A stretch of DNA of 64,000 bases, taken from positions 314,000 to 377,999 of the forward strand of contig CAVRDD010000049.1 of assembly GCA_963719715.1 (NCBI GenBank). The letters are read 5' to 3'. The notes beneath the pieces are model-generated. The model was given only the letters and a program-made list of their open reading frames with translations, was not told the origin of the DNA and did no database searches. Positions 1 to 9,868 of this stretch are shown one piece after another; the stretch's first letter is position 1, and each line of letters opens with the position of its first letter. Origin of the DNA: an uncultured beta proteobacterium. Its GTDB lineage: Bacteria > Pseudomonadota > Gammaproteobacteria > Burkholderiales > JAEUMW01. A program made the translations under genes and the position numbers.

Positions 1-1972
1 GAAACGCGTATCGCGCCGAGCCGAAGAACGTAACGCCGGCCTGCGGATAGGCGATGTACGTGGGCGCCACCACCAGCCCATAGTTGAAGTACTTCTCGTT
101 GAACAGGTTGTTCACGCCGGTGGCGAGCGTCCAGCCCTCGATGTCGTACTCCGCCTTCAGATTCACCAGCGTGTAGGACGGGATCTTCTGGCCGAAGGTG
201 TTGGTTGCATCACCGTCGAAGAACTGATCGCCCACGTAACTCACCGTCGTGTAAAAGCGGGCCTTTGGCAGAAAGCGCCAGAGCATCTGCCCGTTCACCT
301 TGTTCTTGGCAACCAGCGGAACGGTCTTGCCGGCGAGCGCAGCACCGCCCGCGTCGCCGCTGCGGAATTGGGCGATCGCGTAGGTGTAGTTGGCCGAGAG
401 GTCGAAAACTTCGGATGGCGACCAGCGCGCCGTCACCTCCACGCCATAGCGCTCCGTGGGGGGCAGGTTGACATTGGTGAAGGTGACCGGATTGAAGTAG
501 ATCTCGTTGTTGAGCTGCATGTCGTAGAACGTGGTGCGAAGCGAGTATTCGCGCGCTGCGTAGTCGAGGCCCACCTCGCCGCCGAGCGAGGTCTGAATGG
601 CAAGATTGTTCACCACCGGGTCGAAGTTCGGTCCGCCGAACTGGTTGAAAAGTTCGTCGACATTGGGCACGCGGAAGCTGCGCCCATACTTGCCGAACGC
701 AAAGAGCCCGTCGACCAGACCTTGCCGCAGCGCGAATTCCCACGCCACCGGATTTCCGGTGGACGATCCACTCGCATAAGGCTCGATGCTTTCCCGGTCC
801 TGGGCGAAACGGGAGACCTGCTGCACCCGGCCGCCGTAGGAAAACACGGTCGTCGGCGTGAGCTGCGAGGTCTGCTGCGCATACAGCGCGAAGTCGGTCT
901 GATCGGCTTTGAGTCGCGCCGGTCCGAAGTCACGGTTCTGGTTGTAGTACCACCACGAGGCATCCCAGCCCGTGACCAGGGTGTGCTCGAAGCCGAAGAG
1001 GGAGTACGGGAGGCGTCCACGCGGCGACAGCGTCCAGATGTCGACGTCGGTCTGCGTATTGAAGGTGTTGCCGAAAAACAGGATCGAGGCGTTGGCGGCC
1101 CGGTTGCGATAGGTCGCATCGATGGCGAGTTCGCCGTCCCCGATCCGCTCCCGGCCGCTCAGGATGGTGCCCCAGCCCCTCAGCGTAGAGGAGTCGTTGG
1201 GGGTGGACGCCGCTCGCGGATTGCGCGCGATCCGCTCGGCGGTCAGGGCGCCGGGAAGCTGGAGGCTCTGGTCGTTGCCAAATGCCCGCAGACTGATCGA
1301 ACTCACCGCGTCGAACCAGCGCAATTCGCCCGTGCCGCTGCCCTGCGAGAAGCGATTGTTCTCCCGATAGTTGTCGGAGCCGTTATAGCCCACGTAGGCG
1401 TTGGCCGCGACGTTCTCGCCGCCGGCGCTGGCGCCGGCTTCCGCGCGCACCGTGCTGTAGCTGCCGCCGAGCGCGAGCGCCTGTCCGCTCACGGTGCCCG
1501 CCTTCGGCGCCTTGGTGATGATGTTGATGACGCCACCCGTGGCACCGCCGCCGTAGAGTACGGCCCCGCTGCCGCGCTGGATCTCGATGCGCTCGATGGA
1601 ATCCAGCGGTACCGTCGACCAGCGTGCGGTGGTGAGTTCGTTCTCGGAGAGGCGCTGCCCATCGAGCAGGACCAGGGTGTTCTGGTCACCCGTGACACCG
1701 AAGCCGCGCATATCGACCTGCTGATCCGGGCTGCCGGAGGCGTCGCGAATCTGTACGCCGGCGTGCAGGGACAGCAGTTGCGGAAGCGTCTGCGAACCGC
1801 TGCGGGATATCTCGTCCGCAGTGATGACGCTGACTCCGATCGGAAGATCCCGGTTCTCGGCCGGAAAGCGGGTTGCCGTCACCACCACCTCGTCGCCGAC
1901 GGCGACGGACTGGGCAAGACCACAGACGGGGGCGGCAAGCGCGGCGATCCCCATGAGGACGCGATATTCCAT
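1..1972 (-). CDS. TonB-dependent receptor, probably cobalamin uptake (BtuB-like); 3' end runs off the window
   Basis: Manual translation from ATG at 1972: signal peptide, TonB box EVVVTATR, plug motifs VDMRGFG, NTLVLLDGQRL and IERIEIQRGSGAVLYGGGATGGVINIITK, barrel motif YTLVNL near the C-terminus. Preceded by a B12 riboswitch. Confidence 0.9.
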   Translation of the reverse strand, partial: MEYRVLMGIAALAAPVCGLAQSVAVGDEVVVTATRFPAENRDLPIGVSVITADEISRSGSQTLPQLLSLHAGVQIRDASGSPDQQVDMRGFGVTGDQNTLVLLDGQRLSENELTTARWSTVPLDSIERIEIQRGSGAVLYGGGATGGVINIITKAPKAGTVSGQALALGGSYSTVRAEAGASAGGENVAANAYVGYNGSDNYRENNRFSQGSGTGELRWFDAVSSISLRAFGNDQSLQLPGALTAERIARNPRAASTPNDSSTLRGWGTILSGRERIGDGELAIDATYRNRAANASILFFGNTFNTQTDVDIWTLSPRGRLPYSLFGFEHTLVTGWDASWWYYNQNRDFGPARLKADQTDFALYAQQTSQLTPTTVFSYGGRVQQVSRFAQDRESIEPYASGSSTGNPVAWEFALRQGLVDGLFAFGKYGRSFRVPNVDELFNQFGGPNFDPVVNNLAIQTSLGGEVGLDYAAREYSLRTTFYDMQLNNEIYFNPVTFTNVNLPPTERYGVEVTARWSPSEVFDLSANYTYAIAQFRSGDAGGAALAGKTVPLVAKNKVNGQMLWRFLPKARFYTTVSYVGDQFFDGDATNTFGQKIPSYTLVNLKAEYDIEGWTLATGVNNLFNEKYFNYGLVVAPTYIAYPQAGVTFFGSARYAF

Positions 1973-2110
1973 TTTTGATTCTCCCTGGCTTGTGGCGTGC
2001 CCTCCGCACGCCGTGTCGATCGAAAAAGGATCGGACATCGTGCAGAGAGGGGCCGTGAGCCGGGGAGGCGCGTCGATCCGCCCTCCGCGGAAAGTCCATT
2101 GCTATCGTCG

Positions 2111-2320
2111 AAGGCCGGTATCCGGGCTCGCGAGCGGGACTCGGGGGTCACCGGCGCGCCGCCTTCCCATGGGGTTGTCCCACAGTGGCGTTGCTTGCGC
2201 GCCCATCTCGCTTACCGTTGCGGGGGCAGCACAGGAATTGGCACCGCTGGCGCGACACCTCACCTGCTTCCCGTTTAACCGCCGCCGAGTGAACTGGCAG
2301 CAGCACCTCCAACCGGCTGG
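2111..2320 (-). promoter_or_regulatory. Cobalamin (B12) riboswitch
   Basis: Minus strand has AGGTG...TTAAACGGGAAGCAGGTG...GCTGCCCCCGCAACGGT...GCCACTG...GGGAAGGC...GAGCCCGGATACCGGCC in the canonical order, upstream of a TonB receptor. Confidence 0.92.
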
Positions 2321-2496
2321 AGTATAGCCGACGCACGCCGGAAAGTGCCGGTAACACGGGCTCGCGCGGCCATGTGCGCAGCGCCCGCCGCAGTCCCGCC
2401 GTCTGCGCATCGCGTCGGGGGAGCACCTCCGAAGCAACATTCACTTCCCGACGCTCGTGATTGACGTTGCGGAATTTATGTCACTATAGTTCGACT

Positions 2497-2697
2497 ATGG
2501 ATACTGAGATTGCTGCTTTCGAGACAAAGTTGATGCTGCTGGTGGAAACCTGTCACAGGCTGCGCTCCGAGAACAGGCGGCTGCACGACGAGCTTGGCGA
2601 AAGCCGCAACGAGCTGCGCCAGTTCCAGGAGCGCCTTGAGGGCGCGCGGGAGCGGCTTGAGAAACTGGTTGAACAACTGCCGGACGAAATGCCATGA
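2497..2697 (+). CDS. Small coiled-coil protein (ZapB-like) upstream of zapA
   Basis: 66 aa heptad-rich sequence (LRSENRRLHDEL); stop overlaps the zapA start. Confidence 0.75.
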   Translation: MDTEIAAFETKLMLLVETCHRLRSENRRLHDELGESRNELRQFQERLEGARERLEKLVEQLPDEMP

Positions 2698-3005
2698 GTG
2701 CAGCGCCCAAGACTCTCGATGTCACCATCATGGGCCGCGAATACCGGGTGGTGTGCCCGCCGAACCAGGAGAAGGAACTGCTGGAGGCGGTGGTCTATCT
2801 CGATCGCAAGATGCGCGAGATCCGCGAGCAGGGAAAGGTCGTCGGCGTCGAGCGAATTGCGGTGATGGCCGCTCTTAATATCGCGCACGAGTTGCTCGCG
2901 GCACGGGCCGGCGGAGCAATTGACATCACGGACTTCAAGCGTAGAATCGGAATCATGCAGGCGGCCGTTGACGGCGCGCTGACGGATCAGGAGCAACAGA
3001 GCTGA
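2694..3005 (+). CDS. zapA: Cell division protein ZapA
   Basis: LDVTIMGREYRVVCP and ERIAVMAALNIAHELL motifs. Confidence 0.93.
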   Translation: MSAAPKTLDVTIMGREYRVVCPPNQEKELLEAVVYLDRKMREIREQGKVVGVERIAVMAALNIAHELLAARAGGAIDITDFKRRIGIMQAAVDGALTDQEQQS

Positions 3006-3021
3006 TTGCGTCGCGGTTTAT

Positions 3022-3196
3022 GTCCCCTGCGGTGCCGTCCGGACCATATACTCTTTGAACCAATATAGTTTATTTGGTTGCGGACTTAAGCAGCGCTGTT
3101 GTGCGACTCCGAATCGGATTTGCCTGATGCGTTCGGAAAGCGACCACTCTTGGACCCCAGGTTCAAGATGCCGGTCCGGCGGCATTCGCGGGGGGC
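3022..3196 (+). ncRNA. ssrS: 6S RNA
   Basis: Lies directly after zapA; the ends pair (GTCCCCTGCGGTGCC / GGCATTCGCGGGGGGC); contains TTGAACC...GGTTCAAG as in proteobacterial 6S RNA. Confidence 0.88.
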
Positions 3197-3239
3197 GCCC
3201 CTCAAGCAAGCGGGCGGATGGTGGTGCCCGCGCAGTCAA

Positions 3240-3269
3240 GAAGAAAGGCGGCTCGCGCCGCCTTTCTTC
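3240..3269. terminator. Bidirectional intrinsic terminator
   Basis: GAAGAAAGGCGGC-TCGC-GCCGCCTTTCTTC hairpin between convergent genes. Confidence 0.7.
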
Positions 3270-3291
3270 GCCTGCAGGTTCCGGCAGTCGC

Positions 3292-4818
3292 TCACGCCGG
3301 CCTTGACGCGTCTATCCGATAGCGTGCGATGTCGAAGTCATCTCCACCCTCGACGAAGCCGACCGGAGCCAGCGTGTGAATGACGCCGCGCGCGACCATC
3401 TCCATGGGCAGGCGAGACGAGAAAGCACCTGCCTCCAGCACGAGGTCGGCCTCGCCCGAGCACTTTAGGTTCAGGCCGAGCACAGCCGCGTTGGGAAAAT
3501 GATCCGACGGGTTCGGGGAGATCGCCGTTCCCACCGCCACCAGATGGACCGGAATGGCGGCCTTCGCGAAAGACTCGATGCCGACGTTGCACTGACGGTT
3601 CTCATCACGAGACATGCGCCTCACCACACCGACGCCCCACACCGGCGCCGCCTCGGGTTTGATCGCAACCAATGCACCGACGCGCACCCAGTCTCCTTTG
3701 ACATGCGAGATGACCGCGCCATAGCCACCGCGGCTCACGTTCTCGGCGATCCAGCTTTCGGTTACGTCATCGACGAAGGGTCCGCCGACGTAACCCTGCA
3801 GTGCATCGATCAGGCCCTGAAATCCCGGCACGATGTTCACGCGCGACATCGCCGCATGACGTTCGTATTCACGTTGCGGCGGACTCGCAGACCAGTAGAG
3901 GGTGAGGTGCTGGGCGACCTCGCGCACCATGCGCGGCTCGTATCCGCCGAAGGCCGTTCCTTCAACAGTGCCCTGCTGCGCGAGGTCCTTGCTGATGCGT
4001 TCGAGATGCGGCAGTCCTCCGTGACTCGCGAGATAGCGCAATGGTGCACCCTCGTCCTCGGGCCGTACCCGTCGCGGTGCTTGTTCGCAGCCCAAGTCGA
4101 AGGCGTGCGTCGTGTCGGCACTGCGGCGTGGCTCAATGGACACGAATTCCGCGCAACGCGACACCAGATGGGCGGCGATATCGATCTGCAGAGGCATCAG
4201 GCTGGCGGGCGATGAGACGGCGAGCAGCAGCATCTTGACGAGTTCGCGCTCGGCCGTTGAACGCCCGGCCTGACCCGGATGTAGCGTGACCTCCTTGCGC
4301 GCGCAGCTGTGCTTCTGGGCGACTTGGTAGACGCGCGCCGCCTCCTGCCACAGTCGGCCTTCGACCCGGCCATGGCGCAGCAGCACCCATTTCATCTCCT
4401 TGCGCAGCGCGCGCATGGCGTGACATCCCATGACCGGGGCGCGCAACTGCAGCGACGCGGCGCCAGTCACCCCGGTGTCGTACTCCATCATGCACAGCTG
4501 ATAGGCGACCCCCAGCTGATGCCAGAGTCGATAGGCGGCGTTCCACAGGCGCTGTTCGCGAACCGCGGGAAGCCGGCCGCTGCGGCCATAGTCGCGGGCG
4601 ACACGACGTTCCAGCAGGGTCGCCGTCTCTTCGAAGACGCTGATTGCCTCGAAGCGCTTGTCGAGTCGAACCTCCGGCAACGCCGTCAAAGTTTCGATCC
4701 ATTCGACGACCTGCTCGAGAGAGCGGAGGGGATCATCGGACGGCAGTTCCGAGACGAGCCTTCTCGCCTCGCGGGGGTCGGCGGGCCGGTGATCGGCGCG
4801 TTTGGCGATTCTGAGCAT
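3292..4818 (-). CDS. Conserved hypothetical protein with a PilZ-like C-terminal region (possible c-di-GMP binding)
   Basis: Helical N-terminus; QREYERH (RxxxR) followed by ENVSRGG (D/NxSxxG). Start chosen at MLRIAKR. Confidence 0.6.
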   Translation of the reverse strand: MLRIAKRADHRPADPREARRLVSELPSDDPLRSLEQVVEWIETLTALPEVRLDKRFEAISVFEETATLLERRVARDYGRSGRLPAVREQRLWNAAYRLWHQLGVAYQLCMMEYDTGVTGAASLQLRAPVMGCHAMRALRKEMKWVLLRHGRVEGRLWQEAARVYQVAQKHSCARKEVTLHPGQAGRSTAERELVKMLLLAVSSPASLMPLQIDIAAHLVSRCAEFVSIEPRRSADTTHAFDLGCEQAPRRVRPEDEGAPLRYLASHGGLPHLERISKDLAQQGTVEGTAFGGYEPRMVREVAQHLTLYWSASPPQREYERHAAMSRVNIVPGFQGLIDALQGYVGGPFVDDVTESWIAENVSRGGYGAVISHVKGDWVRVGALVAIKPEAAPVWGVGVVRRMSRDENRQCNVGIESFAKAAIPVHLVAVGTAISPNPSDHFPNAAVLGLNLKCSGEADLVLEAGAFSSRLPMEMVARGVIHTLAPVGFVEGGDDFDIARYRIDASRPA

Positions 4819-4966
4819 GCGATGCCTCGTTCTTGATTTGTGCTCTGGCGGACCATCCGCCAGGGACGACGAGGCGCTGAATCGGCAGTTATCGTGCCAT
4901 TGAAGAGCGGAAGTTGTCGGTGTCCGGGTACGATGTAGCAGCGGGCGAGCGGCTGTGCGGCCGGCG

Positions 4967-5383
4967 CTACGAGCTCGGGCCGGCCTGATCGAGTTTGGCC
5001 TGCAGGCGCGCGCTGAAGCGCTCGGCATCGACGAGCGCGCGGACGTGTGTTCCCTCGCCGATCGGTTCCTTCTCGTCGACCGCGGCGACGCGAAAGGTGA
5101 GCGTGCGCTCATCTGCCTTCAGTAGCTCCGCCGTCGCGCGCACGCGCATGCCGACCGGGGTCGCGGCGAGGTGTCGAACGTCGAGGTGGGTGCCGACGCT
5201 CTGCTGGCCGGGTGCCAGCGCGTCTTCGGCGGCGGCGACCGCGGCACTCTCCATCAGCGCGAGCATAAGTGGCGTTGCGAAAACCCGCACCCGACCGCTG
5301 CCGACGCGCAGCGCGGTGTGTTCCTCGCCCACGACGAGCTCCGCCTCGCCCTTCAATCCCGTTTTCAGTCCGTCCGCCGCCAT
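4967..5383 (-). CDS. Hot-dog fold thioesterase, FlK (fluoroacetyl-CoA thioesterase) family
   Basis: VFATPLMLALMESAA, SVGTHLDVRHLAATPVG and IGEGTHVR motifs. Confidence 0.88.
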   Translation of the reverse strand: MAADGLKTGLKGEAELVVGEEHTALRVGSGRVRVFATPLMLALMESAAVAAAEDALAPGQQSVGTHLDVRHLAATPVGMRVRATAELLKADERTLTFRVAAVDEKEPIGEGTHVRALVDAERFSARLQAKLDQAGPSS

Positions 5384-5562
5384 CGTCGCCTCCGCGTGAT
5401 GTCGACATGGTAGCGAATCAGCGTGCGTCTGCGCACTGCCGACGCAGTTCGAGCGCGCGAGCGCGCTGCACCCCACGGCAATCCATGCAGGCTTCATTTG
5501 CCGCGGGGCCGAAAAACCCTTACGCTGCGCGGCAGTTTTCCCACGCCCAAGGAGTTCTGCAC

Positions 5563-6420
5563 ATGTTTCGTCGTCTTGCCACCCTCGTTGTCGCGGCGCT
5601 CTTCGTACCAGCGCTGGCCAGCGCTCAGGTCGATGGCCACCTGAAGAAGATCAAGGAATCGAAGACCGTCGCAATCGCGTACCGCAGCGACGCGGCACCC
5701 TTCTCGTTCGTCGACGGCTCGAAGGATCCGACCGGCTACAGCATCGATCTGTGCCGGCGCGTAGTGAGCATCATCGCGCAGCAGGTCGGCGCCGAAGGGG
5801 TCCAGATCAAGTGGGTGCCGGTGACGGTTCAGAACCGCATCGAAGCGGTCGAGAAGGGGCAGGCCGACATGGAGTGCGGTTCCACCACGGCCACGCTCTC
5901 ACGCATGAAGAAGGTGAACTTCTCGAGCTTCACGTTCGTCGACGGTACCGGGCTGCTCATCAAGGCGGACTCGACGGCGCGCCAGCTCTCCGACTTTTCC
6001 GGCAAGAAGATCGGCGTCATCCTCGGCACGACCAACGAGAAGGCGTTGAACGAAGCGTTGAAGAAGGCCGTGATCAACGCGACACTCGTACCGATCAAGA
6101 CGCGCGAGGAGGGGCTCGCCCAACTCGAAGCCGGTCAGATCGACGCGTTCGCGAGCGACAAGGTGCTGCTCATGGCTCTGGCACCGAAGGCGAAGGACCC
6201 GAAGGCGATCGCGCTGCTGACCGACGACCTCTCCTTCGAGCCGTACGCCATCGTGCTGCCGCGCAACGACGACAACTTCCGCCTTGCCGTGAACAGTGCG
6301 ATCGCGGAGATCTACCGCAGCGGCGCCATTGTCGAGATCTTCAACCGCTGGTTCGGCGCCATCGGCAAGCCCGGCATCATGCTCCAGGCGGCCTTCATCT
6401 TCGGCGCGCTGCCGGAGTAG
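5563..6420 (+). CDS. Polar amino acid ABC transporter substrate-binding protein (GltI-like)
   Basis: Signal peptide; APFSF, GYSIDLC, DMECGSTT and EPYAIVL motifs. Confidence 0.9.
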   Translation: MFRRLATLVVAALFVPALASAQVDGHLKKIKESKTVAIAYRSDAAPFSFVDGSKDPTGYSIDLCRRVVSIIAQQVGAEGVQIKWVPVTVQNRIEAVEKGQADMECGSTTATLSRMKKVNFSSFTFVDGTGLLIKADSTARQLSDFSGKKIGVILGTTNEKALNEALKKAVINATLVPIKTREEGLAQLEAGQIDAFASDKVLLMALAPKAKDPKAIALLTDDLSFEPYAIVLPRNDDNFRLAVNSAIAEIYRSGAIVEIFNRWFGAIGKPGIMLQAAFIFGALPE

Positions 6421-6623
6421 GCAGCGTCGTCGCGGGCGGCTGCATCCAGCCGCCCGTACTTCCCGCCGTGGAATATGAGCCGAGGCCTTCCGGGAGTGCC
6501 TGAAGAAATCCCGGAAGCTGGCGGTTTGCGGCTTTTTTTTTGCGGAGGCGCGCAGGCGCGCCCCTTTGTTTATTCTGGCGTCTGAATTGTCCGTGCGCTG
6601 GCTGGGCAAAGCGCGGCAAGAAC

Positions 6624-6658
6624 GAAAAGGCCGCGGACTTCTCAGCCCGCGGCCTTTG
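6624..6658. terminator. Intrinsic terminator downstream of ppdK
   Basis: AAAAGGCCGCGG-loop-CCGCGGCCTTT hairpin. Confidence 0.65.
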
Positions 6659-6695
6659 TACGATGCAAGCGGGCGGCGTGCGCCGCCCACCTTCC

Positions 6696-9485
6696 TTACT
6701 GGTTCTTCTCGGCCAGTGCAGCCTGGGCGGCAGCCAAACGTGCGATTGGCACGCGGAACGGCGAGCAACTCACGTAGTCGAGCCCGATCTTGTGGCAGAA
6801 GGCGATGCTCTTCGGATCGCCGCCGTGCTCACCGCAGATACCGACGTTCAGGTCGGGGCGCGTGGCGCGTCCGAGGTTCACTGCCATCTCCATGAGCTTG
6901 CCGACACCGGACTGGTCGATGGAGGCGAAGGGGTTCTCGGGAAGGATGCGCTTTTGGAGGTACTCCTGCAGGAATCCGGTCTCCGCGTCATCGCGCGAAA
7001 TGCCGAAGGTGGTCTGCGTGAGATCGTTGGTACCAAACGAGAAGAACTGAGCGTACTTCGCGATCTGGTCGGCAGTGAGTGCAGCACGCGGAATCTCGAT
7101 CATGGTGCCGAACTCGTACTTGATGCGCATGCCCTGCTCTTTCATGACCAGCTTTGCCTCGGCCTCGAGGATCTCGTCCTCGATCTTGAGCTCGCTGCTG
7201 TGGGCAATGAGCGGGATCATGATCTTCGGATGGACTTTGATGCCCTCCTTCGACACCTGGCAGGCCGCCTCGATGATGGCGCGTACCTGCATGCGCACGA
7301 GTCCGGGCAGGTGAATGCCCAGACGCACGCCGCGCAGCCCCAGCATCGGGTTCGATTCGCGCATGCCATCCACCGCATCGAGCATGTGCTTCTTCTGTTT
7401 CAGTGTGCTGGCAAGGCCCTGCGTGTCGACATCGCTGCCCGACATCGAGATGCGGGTCTCGAGTTCGGTCACGTCGTGCAGGAGTTCGTGGAAGCTCGGC
7501 AGGAATTCGTGCAGAGGCGGATCGATCAGTCGAATGGTGACCGGCAGGCCGTCCATCGCCCGGAACAAGCCGATGAAATCCTCACGTTGGAACGGGAGCA
7601 GCTTGGCGAGCGGGCCGGCGCGGTCTTCGTCCGTCTTCGCGAGGATCATCTGCTGCACGATCGGCAGCCGTGCCGTCTCGAAGAACATGTGCTCGGTACG
7701 GCAGAGGCCGATGCCCTCGGCGCCATACTCGCGTGCGCGCTCCGCATCACGCGGATAGTCGGCATTGGCCCAGACACCAAGCTCGCGGAACCCGTCTGCC
7801 CAGTCGAGAAGCTTGATCAGATACTCGTCGTCAAACCCGGGAATGACGGTATTCAACTCACCCGCGAACACTTCGCCGGTCGTGCCGTCGATGGACACCG
7901 AATCGCCTTCCTTGAAGATGCGACCACCCACCGTGAACTGGCGCTTCTCGGCGTCCACCTCCATCGCCGAGACGCCGACCACCGCGGGTCTACCGAACTG
8001 CCGCGCCACCAAGGCAGCGTGGCTGGTGCGTCCGCCCCGGCTGGTCAGAATACCCCTCGCCGCGAGCATGCCGTGCACGTCATCCGGTTTCGTCTCCGGC
8101 CGCACCATGATGACGGCCTTCTTGCCCTTGATCCCCCACTCTTCGGCGAGATCGGCGTCGAAGGCCAGTATTCCGCTGGCTGCACCCGGCGAGACGTTGA
8201 GCCCGGTCGCGATCTTGTCTCCGCGCTCCTTTGCAGCCGCTTTTTCGGCCGCATCGAACTGCGGGTGCAGGAAGTAGTCGACATGATCCGGCGTCACGCG
8301 CATGACCGCCTCTTCGCGCGTGATGAGGCGCTCGGTGGCGAGGTCGATGGCGATGCGCACGGCCGCCTTGGCGGTACGCTTCGCGTCGCGCGTCTGCAGC
8401 ATCCAGAGCTTGCCGCGCTCTACGGTGAATTCGACGTCCTGGACGTCACGGTAGTGCTTCTCGAGCTTCTTGCAGATCTTTTCGAACTGCGCGTAGATTT
8501 TGGGCATCTCGTCACGCAGCGCCGAGATCGGCTTGGTGGCGCGAACGCCAGACACCACGTCCTCGCCCTGGGCGTTCGTGAGGTAGTCGCCCTCGATCTC
8601 GCGCTCGCCCGTGGAGACGTTGCGGGTGGTGACGACACCGGTGCCGCACTCCTCTCCCATGTTGCCGAACACCATCGTGATGATGTTGACGGCCGTACCG
8701 AGATCGTGAGCGATGCCGGCAGCGTTCCGGTAGTCGATGGCGCGCTTGCCGTTCCACGACTTGAACACTGCCTCAGTCGCCAGACGCATCTGCTCCATCG
8801 GATCGGTCGGAAATTCCCGCTTGGCGTGCTGCTGGAAGATGTCCTTGAATTCCACGGTGATCGCCCGCAGGTCTTCCGGAGCCAGGTCTGCGTCGTTGGC
8901 GACGCCACGCTCATCGCGATAGCGCCCCAGCACCTCCTCGAACGGCTCGTCCGGCAGGTTCATCACGACCGTGCCGTACATCTGCACCAGCCGGCGGTAG
9001 GCGTCGTAGACGAAGCGCTCGTCTTGCGTGAGTTCGATCAGGCCTTCCGCGACCTCGTCGTTGAGGCCGATGTTGAGCACGGTGTCCATCATGCCCGGCA
9101 TCGAGAATCTGGCACCCGAGCGGCACGAAACGAGCAGCGGATTCTTCGGGTCGCCGAACTTCTTGCCGGCGAGCTTCTCGACCTTGGCGAGCCCAGCGCT
9201 CGCCTGCTCCCACAGGCCGGCCGGGAAACCACCCTCCGCCAGATAGGCGTTGCAGGCACGGGTGGTCACGATGAAGCCCGGCGGCACCGGCAGCCCCAAT
9301 ACTGTCATCTCCGCTAGATTGGCACCCTTGCCGCCGAGCAGGTCGCGCATGCTTGCTTCGCCCTCCTCGAGGAGGTAAACCCATTTTTCCTTGCGCGGTG
9401 CGCGTGCAGGTGCTTTCTCCCGTGCCTTGCTTGCACGTGAGGCCTGCTTGCGCGGAGTGGACTTCTTCAAGGCTTTGCTTGGCAT
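6696..9485 (-). CDS. ppdK: Pyruvate, phosphate dikinase
   Basis: LLGGKGANLAEM, SMPGMMDT, GGRTSHAA (phospho-His), GIGLCRTEHMF and YVSCSPFRVPIARLAAAQA motifs. Start at MPSKALKK. Confidence 0.97.
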   Translation of the reverse strand: MPSKALKKSTPRKQASRASKAREKAPARAPRKEKWVYLLEEGEASMRDLLGGKGANLAEMTVLGLPVPPGFIVTTRACNAYLAEGGFPAGLWEQASAGLAKVEKLAGKKFGDPKNPLLVSCRSGARFSMPGMMDTVLNIGLNDEVAEGLIELTQDERFVYDAYRRLVQMYGTVVMNLPDEPFEEVLGRYRDERGVANDADLAPEDLRAITVEFKDIFQQHAKREFPTDPMEQMRLATEAVFKSWNGKRAIDYRNAAGIAHDLGTAVNIITMVFGNMGEECGTGVVTTRNVSTGEREIEGDYLTNAQGEDVVSGVRATKPISALRDEMPKIYAQFEKICKKLEKHYRDVQDVEFTVERGKLWMLQTRDAKRTAKAAVRIAIDLATERLITREEAVMRVTPDHVDYFLHPQFDAAEKAAAKERGDKIATGLNVSPGAASGILAFDADLAEEWGIKGKKAVIMVRPETKPDDVHGMLAARGILTSRGGRTSHAALVARQFGRPAVVGVSAMEVDAEKRQFTVGGRIFKEGDSVSIDGTTGEVFAGELNTVIPGFDDEYLIKLLDWADGFRELGVWANADYPRDAERAREYGAEGIGLCRTEHMFFETARLPIVQQMILAKTDEDRAGPLAKLLPFQREDFIGLFRAMDGLPVTIRLIDPPLHEFLPSFHELLHDVTELETRISMSGSDVDTQGLASTLKQKKHMLDAVDGMRESNPMLGLRGVRLGIHLPGLVRMQVRAIIEAACQVSKEGIKVHPKIMIPLIAHSSELKIEDEILEAEAKLVMKEQGMRIKYEFGTMIEIPRAALTADQIAKYAQFFSFGTNDLTQTTFGISRDDAETGFLQEYLQKRILPENPFASIDQSGVGKLMEMAVNLGRATRPDLNVGICGEHGGDPKSIAFCHKIGLDYVSCSPFRVPIARLAAAQAALAEKNQ

Positions 9486-9559
9486 GTTCGACGCTGCTCC
9501 CTGTTCGAAATAGACGATCCCGAGGCCGTGATCGGATGGAGAGAGAGCGCAGCCGAAGC

Positions 9560-9868
9560 TGTCTGGCGTGGCTCCTCCCTCGACTCGCGGGCCGCGAAGC
9601 GGCCCGGGAAACATCTGACACCGATCGAACGCCGGCTGGAGGGCGCAGTGTACCGAAAAATCAAGTCCAGCCGAAAACACAGGCACGACTTTTTTGGATC
9701 GATCGGTCCGTAATCGCGCTCCGGCGGTGCAAGGGGACTTCTTACTTGAGATTTGTCAAAAGAAAGAAAAAAGGCCCGGCAGCGCCGGGCCTTTCGAGTC
9801 GGCCCCCGAGCGACGGGGGCCACGACATTGGAACCCGGACTTACATGTCCATGTCACCCATGCCGCCC
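9560..9868 (-). repeat. Direct repeat copy 1: groEL 3' end + hairpin + terminator + conserved promoter/leader element
   Basis: 9841-9868 matches the last 28 nt of groEL (15443-15470) at 27/28 positions; 9621-9645 is identical to 15235-15259; TACCGAAAAATCA and TGTCTGnCGTGGC are also shared. Confidence 0.85.
9762..9795 (-). terminator. Intrinsic terminator after the duplicated groEL 3' end
   Basis: AGGCCCGGC-loop-GCCGGGCCT followed by a T-tract on the minus strand. Confidence 0.8.

Noticed and set aside
368-9317. Long antisense ORFs (368-1978, 6540-9317; likewise 15323-16480 and 32259-34364)
   Set aside because: Shadow ORFs opposite well-supported genes, typical of high-GC codon bias.
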